Shown: positions 55,966 through 64,000 of the stretch, piece by piece | Layout of the letters: the number at the start of each line of letters is the position of its first letter | How positions within the stretch are numbered: the first letter of the stretch is position 1 | IMG/VR virus record: IMGVR_UViG_3300016476_000468 | Span: 39,913 to 103,912 of that record | Origin: a virus | Lineage: Duplodnaviria > Heunggongvirae > Uroviricota > Caudoviricetes | DNA length: 64,000 nt | Reading direction: 5' to 3' (one strand) | The notes under the pieces: model-generated | Databases searched by the model: none | Seen by the model: the letters and a program-made list of their open reading frames with translations, nothing else | Told to the model about the DNA's origin: nothing | Made by a program: the position numbers and the translations under genes

Positions 55966-56301
55966 ATGGCAACTGTTAGTAACCTTTTTGTTGACGCTGG
56001 TGCTAGTTATAGCAACATTATCTCAGTTGCAGCGACCAATGGTCAACCTCTAAATTTAACAGGGTATACTGTGGCTTCTCAGATGAGAAAGTCATATCAG
56101 TCCAGCACAGCCTATAACTTTACTGCATCTGTGTTCAACGCAGAACAAGGTAAAGTTCGCCTACAACTAACTCCCCAACAGTCAGAAGTTATTCCAGCTG
56201 GAAGATGGCTTTATGACGTAGAAATAACTTCACCTTCTGGCTCTAAAACTAGAGTTGTTGAAGGTATCGTAACAGTAAATCCTCAGATTACCCAAATTTA
56301 A
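55966..56301 (+). CDS. virion structural protein (BppU-like)
   Basis: NLTGYTVASQMRKSY..GRWLYDVEI..RVVEG; late promoter TATAAATA near 55926. Confidence 0.75.
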   Translation: MATVSNLFVDAGASYSNIISVAATNGQPLNLTGYTVASQMRKSYQSSTAYNFTASVFNAEQGKVRLQLTPQQSEVIPAGRWLYDVEITSPSGSKTRVVEGIVTVNPQITQI

Positions 56302-56302
56302 A

Positions 56303-56554
56303 ATGTCTGATACAATTGCTATTGTACAATCCGATGAAGCTCTTCAGGTCGCAGTATCCGAAGGTGTTCTTACACTTGCGTCATCAACCGTGTCCAATCC
56401 AGCAGTAGTAGAATCTCTTGATAGCGTCGCAGACGTAGATACAACTACTAATGGTAAGATAGATGGGTCGATTTTAGTATACAGAACAGTAACAAATAGA
56501 TGGACTTCCACAACTACGCTAGATGCGCAGAATATGGAAGGCGGCGAATTTTAA
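56303..56554 (+). CDS. small virion structural protein
   Basis: LDSVADVD..DGSILVY..W..DAQNMEGGEF. Confidence 0.7.
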   Translation: MSDTIAIVQSDEALQVAVSEGVLTLASSTVSNPAVVESLDSVADVDTTTNGKIDGSILVYRTVTNRWTSTTTLDAQNMEGGEF

Positions 56555-56566
56555 CGGAGAACATAG

Positions 56567-58948
56567 ATGGCTTCTATTATTAGAATTAAACGTTCTAGCA
56601 CATCTGGCAACCCAGCAACGCTGGGCGCTGGTGAGTTAGCGTACTCAGCATTAGCTGACAATGGATCAAACGGTGGTGATCGTTTATACATTGGTATGGG
56701 CACAGAGACTGCAGGTAATGCAGTCAACCACGTTATTATCGGTGGTAAATACTACACTGGTTTAGTAGACGCTGGTGGATCTGGTGGTACACTTAATACT
56801 TCTGCTAAGTCTATTCCAGTTCTTTCTGCAACTGGTTCTATCGACAAGTGGTTAGTTGGCAATTTACAACTAACTGGTAGCACTCTTTCTTCTACTAATA
56901 CCAACGGTGATATTAACATCACTCCTAATGGTACTGGTAAGACTATCATCAGCAACCTATACACAGACGCAACTACTAGTCTGACTGAGTTCATCCAGGA
57001 CGTTGCTGGCGGTGGTATCGTTGACTCTGCTGAGATTGATGCAACTTACGATGATGCAGCTGGCACTACATCATTAGCTCTTAAGACCACAGGTGTAACA
57101 GCAGGTTCTTACGGTTCCGCAACTGCTATTCCAACATTCACTGTTGATAGTAAAGGTCGTTTGACTGCAGCTGGATCTGTTTCTGTTGCAACAACGCTGA
57201 ATCTAACAGGCGACACTGGCTCTGATGGCATTTCTCTGCTAACAGAAACGCTAGCCATCGTTGGTGGTGAGGGTATCGATACTGCTATTACAGCAAATAC
57301 CCTAACAATCTCTGCAGAAGACGCAAGCACTACTAACAAGGGTGTCGCTTCTTTTGACACAGCTAACTTTACTGTAACTGCTGGTGCTGTCTCTGCAAAG
57401 ACAATCACTTTGGGTTCTTCTACCTTAGCCCTTGGTTCTACAACTACTGGTCTTGCTGGTCTTTCATCTCTTGGTGTAACTGGTAATGCTACTGTTGGTG
57501 GCACTCTTGGTGTTACTGGCGCAACCACTCTAAGTTCTACGCTTGGCGTTACTGGTAATACAACGCTAGGTGGAACATTAGGCGTTACTGGTGCAGCTAC
57601 CCTAAGTTCTACTCTTGGTGTTGCGGGCGACTTTGCTGTTAATACTAACAAATTCACAGTTGCTGCTACTTCTGGTAACACTAGCGTTGGTGGTACATTA
57701 AGTGTTACTGGAAACAGTACTCTTGCTGGTACACTAGCAGTAACAAATGATTTGAGCGTTAATACTAACAAGTTTAATGTTGCAGCTTCTACTGGTAACA
57801 CTTCTATCGCTGGAACTCTTGGTGTAACAGGAGCAGCTATTCTATCCAGCACATTAGATGTGACTGGTAACCTTTCTGTTAATAGCAACAAATTTACAGT
57901 CGCAGCAGGTTCTGGTAACACTTCTATCGCTGGAACATTGGCAGTAACTGGTGCTGCTACATTTAGCTCTGCCGTGAATATGAGTGGTCAGAAGATCACT
58001 AACTTGGCAGAACCAACTGATGATTCTGACGCAGCTACAAAGTACTACGTTGACGCTGCTCGCTCTGGTCTTGATATCAAGAACTCTGTTAAAGCTGCTA
58101 CAACTGGTAACATTACCCTTTCTGGCACACAGGTTATTGACGGTGTAACTCTGTCTGTTGGTGATCGTGTTCTTGTTAAAGATCAAAGCACTGCTTCTCA
58201 AAACGGTATTTACGTTGTTGCCGCTGGTGCATGGTCTCGTTCTACTGACGCAGACGCTCCAGCAGAACTAAACCCAGGAACTTTCGTATTCGTTGAACAA
58301 GGTACTGTTAACGATAACACTGGTTTCGTTGTTGTTTCTGACACTGTTGTCACTATTGGTACTGATGCCATTAACTGGACTCTGTTCTCTGCTTCTGGTA
58401 CTCTAATCGCTGGTGCTGGTCTTATCAAGAACGGTTACACTCTAGAAGTTCAAGTTGGTAACGGCGTAACTATTGCAAACGATACTGTTCAACTGGCATC
58501 TTCTGTTGCTGGCGCAGGTTTGACTTATACTTCTGGTGTATTGGATATCGTTGGAACTGCAAACCGAATCACAGTTAATGCAGACAGTATTGATATCGCA
58601 TCTACATACGTAGGTCAGACATCTATCACTACTCTAGGTACTATCACTACTGGTACTTGGAATGGTTCTGTAATTGCTGACGCCTATATTGCCGACGATC
58701 TAACTATCAGTGGCGGTACAGTTAATAACACTCCAATCGGTGCGACTACTCGTTCTACTGGCGCGTTCACAACTCTTGCAGCAAACGGCGCTACTACACT
58801 GACTTCTACTCTAGCAGTTTCTGGATCTACTACTTTATCTTCTACTCTAGGTGTTGCGGGTAACGTTACTCTAGCTGCTAACTTAACTGGTGCAGGTGCA
58901 TCTACTTCTACTATCGATGGTTTCACTATCGACGGTGGAACTTATTAA
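56567..58948 (+). CDS. tail fibre protein
   Basis: IRIKRS..LGAGELAY N-terminus, GTLGVTGA repeats, GDRVLVKDQ..QNGIY domain. Confidence 0.8.
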   Translation: MASIIRIKRSSTSGNPATLGAGELAYSALADNGSNGGDRLYIGMGTETAGNAVNHVIIGGKYYTGLVDAGGSGGTLNTSAKSIPVLSATGSIDKWLVGNLQLTGSTLSSTNTNGDINITPNGTGKTIISNLYTDATTSLTEFIQDVAGGGIVDSAEIDATYDDAAGTTSLALKTTGVTAGSYGSATAIPTFTVDSKGRLTAAGSVSVATTLNLTGDTGSDGISLLTETLAIVGGEGIDTAITANTLTISAEDASTTNKGVASFDTANFTVTAGAVSAKTITLGSSTLALGSTTTGLAGLSSLGVTGNATVGGTLGVTGATTLSSTLGVTGNTTLGGTLGVTGAATLSSTLGVAGDFAVNTNKFTVAATSGNTSVGGTLSVTGNSTLAGTLAVTNDLSVNTNKFNVAASTGNTSIAGTLGVTGAAILSSTLDVTGNLSVNSNKFTVAAGSGNTSIAGTLAVTGAATFSSAVNMSGQKITNLAEPTDDSDAATKYYVDAARSGLDIKNSVKAATTGNITLSGTQVIDGVTLSVGDRVLVKDQSTASQNGIYVVAAGAWSRSTDADAPAELNPGTFVFVEQGTVNDNTGFVVVSDTVVTIGTDAINWTLFSASGTLIAGAGLIKNGYTLEVQVGNGVTIANDTVQLASSVAGAGLTYTSGVLDIVGTANRITVNADSIDIASTYVGQTSITTLGTITTGTWNGSVIADAYIADDLTISGGTVNNTPIGATTRSTGAFTTLAANGATTLTSTLAVSGSTTLSSTLGVAGNVTLAANLTGAGASTSTIDGFTIDGGTY

Positions 58949-58954
58949 TTATTG

Positions 58955-58992
58955 CTAAATAAGTGATAATGGGTGGGTGAGATTCCCACCCA
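58955..58992 (+). promoter_or_regulatory. late promoter followed by a hairpin
   Basis: CTAAATA (58955); TGGGTGGG-N7-CCCACCCA (58970-58992). Confidence 0.6.
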
Positions 58993-59038
58993 GTAGTTCT
59001 TACTACTAGGTTGTTGTTCTTTTTAGAATAAAGAAATA

Positions 59039-59569
59039 ATGTCAAATAAGATTATCCTTAAAAAATCGTCAGTAACGACAAAGAAACCCCTTGTCACTGA
59101 CTTAGAATACGGCGAAGTTGCTCTTAACTACGCTGACGGCTTTCTTTATTTTAAAAATTCTAACAACGAAATCGAAGCATTTGCTTCTCGTGGTTTTACA
59201 CAACCCTCCTCTAATAGTGCGGTCACTTTTACGACCGACGCCCAAAACAATACCATTCTTCAGTTCCAAGTAGGCGGTACTGTCATCGCTAGATTCGGCG
59301 GTGGTCAGATCACATTCGATGTGCCGCTTTCTATGAATGGTAACCTAATTACCGCTCTATCTGCTCCAATCGGAAATACTGACGCTGTTAATAAAGCGTA
59401 TGCCGATGGCGCAGCATCAGCCTCTGGTTACCCAAAGGGTGACTACGGCGATATCGTTTCTGCCGCAGCATATGATGCGTTCGGCGTCCCTATTGTTGCG
59501 ATTATCACGTATGATAATATGGAACCTGTTGGGGTATTTAATACTGTAGATTTTGGAGCACTTGCTTAA
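59039..59569 (+). CDS. tail-fibre-associated structural protein
   Basis: IILKKSS..LEYGEVALNYADG N-terminus. Confidence 0.75.
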   Translation: MSNKIILKKSSVTTKKPLVTDLEYGEVALNYADGFLYFKNSNNEIEAFASRGFTQPSSNSAVTFTTDAQNNTILQFQVGGTVIARFGGGQITFDVPLSMNGNLITALSAPIGNTDAVNKAYADGAASASGYPKGDYGDIVSAAAYDAFGVPIVAIITYDNMEPVGVFNTVDFGALA

Positions 59570-59578
59570 GGATAAGAA

Positions 59579-62500
59579 ATGCCAACACAAATTCAATTAA
59601 GACGTGGTACTTACGACCAACACAAAACATTCACTGGCGCTAACGCCGAGCCGACTTTTGATACGTCAAATAGAGTAATGCGTCTGCACGATGGATCTAC
59701 CCCAGGCGGTAGTGAAATCGTTATGGGTAATACTCTTTACAAGAGTTTGCCAGTTAGAGTAATCTCTACTTCTAATATTACACTGGCTGGTGTTCAGACT
59801 GTTGACGGCGTTTCTCTGTCTGTTGGTGATCGTGTCTTAGTCGCAGGTCAGACTGATCAGTCTAAGAACGGTATCTACACTGTTGTAGATCTACCAGGAA
59901 CATGGGTTCGTGCTTTCGATTTTGATAAGATTTATAACATTCAAAAAGGAATGTTTGTTTATGTAGCAGAAGGTTCTACACATAACGAAACTGTTTGGAA
60001 GTTAACTTCACAACCAACAACTCTAGATTTACACGCAATCACTTTTGAAAAATGGCTTGGTGTAGAAACACGTGGTCTGGCTCAGAACACTGTAGCAGGT
60101 ATGGTGGTTCGCCAGTCTAAAGGCACATTTACTAGCCGAGCAATCACAGTTTCTGGTCAAGGTATCACTGTCACTAACGGTGATGGTATCTCTGGTAATC
60201 CTCTGCTATCTCTTAACTCTACACCAAACAATACAGTTAGCGCTATTATGGCTCGTGATGCCAATGGCGACTTTGCTGCAAATAATGCAACACTAGCTGG
60301 TGATATCGCAGTTAACGGTGGTGATGTAACTACTACTGCAACAACTGCAACTCTATTCAATACCAATGCTACTACTTTGAACATTGGTAACGCAGCTACT
60401 ACTGTTTCTATCGGTGCTGCTACTGGTACTACTACAGTTCGTAATGACTTGGTTGTTAACGGAACTTTTACAGTCAACGGTACTACTGAAACGATCAATG
60501 CAGTTACGGTCACAGTAGACGACAAGAACATTGAGTTGGGCTCAGTTGCATCACCAACTAATACGACAGCTGACGGTGGTGGTATCACTCTGAAAGGTAC
60601 TACTGATAAGACTATTATTTGGCTGAACTCTAATAATTCTTGGAATTCTTCTGAAGACTTTAGTGTTGCTAGTGGTAAAGTGTTTGAAGTTAACGGTGTT
60701 CCAGTATTGACTGCAAACTCTGTTCTAAATGATGCGTCTCAAACATCTATCACTGTAGGTGGTTCTGCTAGTGCAATCACTATGGGTGCTTCTGGTGGCA
60801 CTACTACTCTGCGATCTGGTACTCTGGTTGGTTCAGACGCAACCCAGAACGTATACAACACTGTTGCTACAACTGTTAATGCCTTCGGTGCAGCTACTTC
60901 ACTAAACATCGGCACTACAACGACTGGTGCCCAAACAACAAACATTGGAACTGGTGCAACTGCAAGCGCAACAACCAAGACTTTAAACTTGGCTACTGGT
61001 GGATTGACAGGTTCTACAACTAACGTAAACATCGGTTCTACTGCTGGTGGATTGTTAACAATTAGCAACCCTAACGTAACATTCGATAACGGTATTGTTA
61101 CATTCACTAACGCAACCGACGCAACTACTTCTGCCAATGGTTCTGTTCGTTTCGCTGGTGGTATTAGCGTTGTTAAGAATATCGTCTGTGATGGAACTTT
61201 CTCTATCTTCGGTGACATCTCTGTCAACGGTGGAGACATCTTAACTAACCAGACAACAGTTTCTGTATTCAACGATACTGCAACTACAGCTAACTTGCTG
61301 GCTGCAGCAAGCACTATCGCTATGGGTGCTTCTGGTGGTACTACAACTCTACGTTCTGGCACTCTCGTTGGTAGCGATGCTACCCAAAACCTTTACAACA
61401 CTGTTGCCACTACTCTGAACATCGGTGGTGCAGCAACTACAATTAACTTGGGTAACGCTACTAGCGCAACTCTATTGGCACGACCAGGAACTATCGTTGG
61501 TTCTAACAGCACACAAAACGTATATGATACTGTTGCTACTACTGTTAACGCTTTCGGCGCAGCTACTACTTTAAATATCGGTAACGCAACAACTGCTACT
61601 TTGACATTACGACCAGGAACTATCGTTGGTTCTAACAGTACACAAAACGTATATGATACTGTTGCTACTACTGTTAACGCTTTCGGCGCAGCTACTAGTA
61701 TTGTTCTTGGCGCAACTTCTGGAACTACCAACGTTCGCAATAACTTGGACGTCGATGGTGACGTTAATATCGACGGCGGCGATCTAACAGTTTCTACTGC
61801 TACATTTAACCTAGCAAATACTACTGCTACTACCCTAAACATTGGTGGCGCAGCGACTACTGTTTCTATCGGTGCAGGAACTGGTAACACAACTGTTAAT
61901 AATAACTTGATTGTGTCTGGTAACTTGACTGTTAACGGAACAACAACTACAATTAACTCAACAACTCTTTCTGTTGATGACCTAAACATCGTTCTTGCTG
62001 ATGGTGCTGCTACTGCCGCTGCAGCAAACGGTGCTGGTTTGACTGTTGCTGGTGCGAACGCTACATTGACTTATGCATCCGCAAACGATCGTTGGGAAAT
62101 GAACAAACCACTAAGCGTAAATGGAACTGCTACAGTTTCTAGCAACGCATCTGTTGGTGGTACTCTTGGTGTTACTGGTGCTACTACTCTAAGCAGCACA
62201 CTTGCAGTGACTTCTAACACTACTGTTGGTGGTACTCTAGGCGTTACTGGTGCGACTACTCTAAGCAGCACTCTAAACGTATCTGGTTCAACAACCCTTG
62301 CTGCGCTTTCAGCAACAACTGGTTCTTTCTCTAGCACATTAGGCGTTACTGGCGCTACTACACTTTCTAGTACTCTAAACGTATCTGGTGCAGTAACTCT
62401 TTCTAGCAGCTTATCTGCTGGTTCTACTACTCTGTCTTCTTTGAGTTTGACTAATGCGCTGGGTATTGGATCAGGTGGTACTGGTGCAACTACCGCTCAA

Positions 62501-63223
62501 GGAGCAAGAACTAACTTGCTGCCGCCACAGTCTGCTCCACAAAACGGATACGTTCTGACTACAAATGGAACTGACGTATTCTGGAACTATCTTGGTAATG
62601 CGATGGTTACTTCTTTCAACGGAAGAACTAACGTTGTTACTTTGACTTCTGGTGACGTAACTGGTGCTCTTGGTTTCACGCCACTGAATAAAGCTGGCGA
62701 TACTATTAACGGTAACCTATCTTTAGCTGCTGGTACTGCTCTTATCGGTAACGCTGGTAACTGGATTGGTGAAAACAACAAACTACAGTGGCACTCTTCT
62801 CACCTATACTTTGGTTTGATTAACGGTGGTTCTTGGATCTTTAGAACTAACGGCGGTGAACCTGCTTACATCACTAACGGTGGTGTTGTTTTTGGCTCTG
62901 GTCACCAAGTTACTTCTGACATTTCCCTAAAAGAAAATGTTGAAACTATTGGCAATGCAAGCCATTTGTTGAGTAACCTACGTGGTGTTACATTCGACTG
63001 GAAAAAGACTAAGAAACGTGCTTATGGTTTCATCGCTCAAGAAATCGAACAGACTGTTCCTGAACTGGTTGAAGAAATGCAAACTAATTCTATGGAACCA
63101 GAAAAAACAGTTAAAACTGTTGACTACGATAAGGTTGTAGCTATCCTAGTCGAAGGCTGGAAAGAACAACAAGCTAGAATCGAAGCACTTGAGGCTGAAG
63201 TAAAAGCACTGAAAGGCGAATAA
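59579..63223 (+). CDS. long tail fibre protein with Mtd-like N-terminus and S74 chaperone
   Basis: QIQLRRGT..HDGSTPGG; Thr/Gly repeats; SDISLKEN..LRGVTF..GFIAQEIE. Confidence 0.85.
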   Translation: MPTQIQLRRGTYDQHKTFTGANAEPTFDTSNRVMRLHDGSTPGGSEIVMGNTLYKSLPVRVISTSNITLAGVQTVDGVSLSVGDRVLVAGQTDQSKNGIYTVVDLPGTWVRAFDFDKIYNIQKGMFVYVAEGSTHNETVWKLTSQPTTLDLHAITFEKWLGVETRGLAQNTVAGMVVRQSKGTFTSRAITVSGQGITVTNGDGISGNPLLSLNSTPNNTVSAIMARDANGDFAANNATLAGDIAVNGGDVTTTATTATLFNTNATTLNIGNAATTVSIGAATGTTTVRNDLVVNGTFTVNGTTETINAVTVTVDDKNIELGSVASPTNTTADGGGITLKGTTDKTIIWLNSNNSWNSSEDFSVASGKVFEVNGVPVLTANSVLNDASQTSITVGGSASAITMGASGGTTTLRSGTLVGSDATQNVYNTVATTVNAFGAATSLNIGTTTTGAQTTNIGTGATASATTKTLNLATGGLTGSTTNVNIGSTAGGLLTISNPNVTFDNGIVTFTNATDATTSANGSVRFAGGISVVKNIVCDGTFSIFGDISVNGGDILTNQTTVSVFNDTATTANLLAAASTIAMGASGGTTTLRSGTLVGSDATQNLYNTVATTLNIGGAATTINLGNATSATLLARPGTIVGSNSTQNVYDTVATTVNAFGAATTLNIGNATTATLTLRPGTIVGSNSTQNVYDTVATTVNAFGAATSIVLGATSGTTNVRNNLDVDGDVNIDGGDLTVSTATFNLANTTATTLNIGGAATTVSIGAGTGNTTVNNNLIVSGNLTVNGTTTTINSTTLSVDDLNIVLADGAATAAAANGAGLTVAGANATLTYASANDRWEMNKPLSVNGTATVSSNASVGGTLGVTGATTLSSTLAVTSNTTVGGTLGVTGATTLSSTLNVSGSTTLAALSATTGSFSSTLGVTGATTLSSTLNVSGAVTLSSSLSAGSTTLSSLSLTNALGIGSGGTGATTAQGARTNLLPPQSAPQNGYVLTTNGTDVFWNYLGNAMVTSFNGRTNVVTLTSGDVTGALGFTPLNKAGDTINGNLSLAAGTALIGNAGNWIGENNKLQWHSSHLYFGLINGGSWIFRTNGGEPAYITNGGVVFGSGHQVTSDISLKENVETIGNASHLLSNLRGVTFDWKKTKKRAYGFIAQEIEQTVPELVEEMQTNSMEPEKTVKTVDYDKVVAILVEGWKEQQARIEALEAEVKALKGE
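61481..61697 (+). repeat. near-identical 88-bp direct repeat, 129-bp period
   Basis: 61481-61568 vs 61610-61697, one mismatch. Confidence 0.85.
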
Positions 63224-63225
63224 AA

Positions 63226-64000
63226 ATGGCAGTCAATTCAAGAGAAAGTCTTAAACAGTATGCGCTGAGAGCACTTGGCGCTCCTGTGGTAGAAATTAAC
63301 GTAGACGATGATCAACTGGAAGATCGTCTAGACGAAGCCATTGATTACTGGCGTCTATACCACTACGATGGTATCGAAGAAATGTATATGAAGCAACAGA
63401 TTCGTGCTTCAGAAATGACGCTAACGACAAATAACGCAGCATCTTTTAATCTTGGAGACATTGTTACTGGTCTATCTTCTGGCGCTAAAGCAACTGTAAC
63501 AAAAGACCACAGAACTTCTAGTGGCAACCTTTTGTTGGTTAGAGATGTAAAAGGGACATTCCAAGGCGGAGAAGTTTTAGCTGGTACAACCATCACAGCA
63601 ACTTTAGATACTAACACACCAATCACACTGCGTGAGTATGATAACAAGTACATCAATATTCCAGACCACGTATTCGGTGTAACAGAAGTTCTTTCTATCG
63701 GATCAGCGTCATCTTCTAGAAACATCTTCGACTTACAGTATCAACTACGTTTGAACGACTTGTATGACTTGACTTCTACGTCTATCATCTACTATCAAAC
63801 TGTTATGAATCACCTGTCTCTATTAGACTTCACTCTAAACGGTAAAGACAGCTTTAGATACAACAGACTACAAGATCGCCTATATCTGGACATAAATTGG
63901 AAACAGAACGTAGTCTTGGGTGATTATATGATCATTAAAGGTTATCGTGCTATGGATCCAAATCAATGGTCTAAAGTTTGGAACGACAACTGGTTGAAAG
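63226..64000 (+). CDS. gp13: neck protein gp13, 3'-truncated by window edge
   Basis: LKQYALRALGAPVVEINVDDDQLEDRLDEA, NIFDLQYQLRLND; missing from the ORF track because it runs off the end. Confidence 0.9.
   Translation, partial: MAVNSRESLKQYALRALGAPVVEINVDDDQLEDRLDEAIDYWRLYHYDGIEEMYMKQQIRASEMTLTTNNAASFNLGDIVTGLSSGAKATVTKDHRTSSGNLLLVRDVKGTFQGGEVLAGTTITATLDTNTPITLREYDNKYINIPDHVFGVTEVLSIGSASSSRNIFDLQYQLRLNDLYDLTSTSIIYYQTVMNHLSLLDFTLNGKDSFRYNRLQDRLYLDINWKQNVVLGDYMIIKGYRAMDPNQWSKVWNDNWLK

Noticed and set aside
57109-62337. Several long minus-strand Val/Pro/Ala-rich ORFs
   Set aside because: They are antisense to Thr/Gly-rich fibre repeats, which lack reverse-strand stop codons.
1-64000. Stop-codon reassignment, introns or inteins
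   Set aside because: Core genes (gp32, gp6, PhoH, gp5) are intact in the standard code at expected lengths, with no interrupted frames or intein motifs seen.

Overview
This window is part of a large T4-like (myovirus) bacteriophage genome, almost all on the + strand, with no host genes, CRISPR array, reverse transcriptase, integrase or tRNA gene seen. Layout: (1) 1-2.5 kb, small hypothetical genes. (2) 2.5-3.3 kb, non-coding boundary rich in repeats and palindromes. (3) 3.3-7.5 kb, an array of early genes, most behind their own sigma70-type promoter cassette. (4) 7.5-22.4 kb, accessory and replication genes: nucleotide hydrolases, UvsE, PhoH, GH19 lysin, exonuclease, a circularly permuted two-piece tmRNA, SleB-like hydrolase, ClpP-like protease, gp33, gp59, gp32. 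(5) 22.5-27.8 kb, a minus-strand late block: gp29-like, gp51, gp26, gp16, holin, gp54-like, gp2, gp4. (6) 27.8-64 kb, baseplate, tail fibres and the start of neck gp13. The most unusual element is an enzyme cluster inside the tail-fibre region (49.7-55.8 kb): a 17-Cys (NC)n protein, an unknown protein, a radical SAM/SPASM enzyme, a DctP-like binding protein with no signal peptide, a PP-loop ATP pyrophosphatase and a degenerate 2OG-Fe(II) oxygenase-like protein. It looks like a late-expressed RiPP-like or virion-protein modification system (inference). The tmRNA tag (ANDSVYALAA) and its permuted form suggest a betaproteobacterial host (inference). All family calls come from motif recognition by eye; no database search was run.
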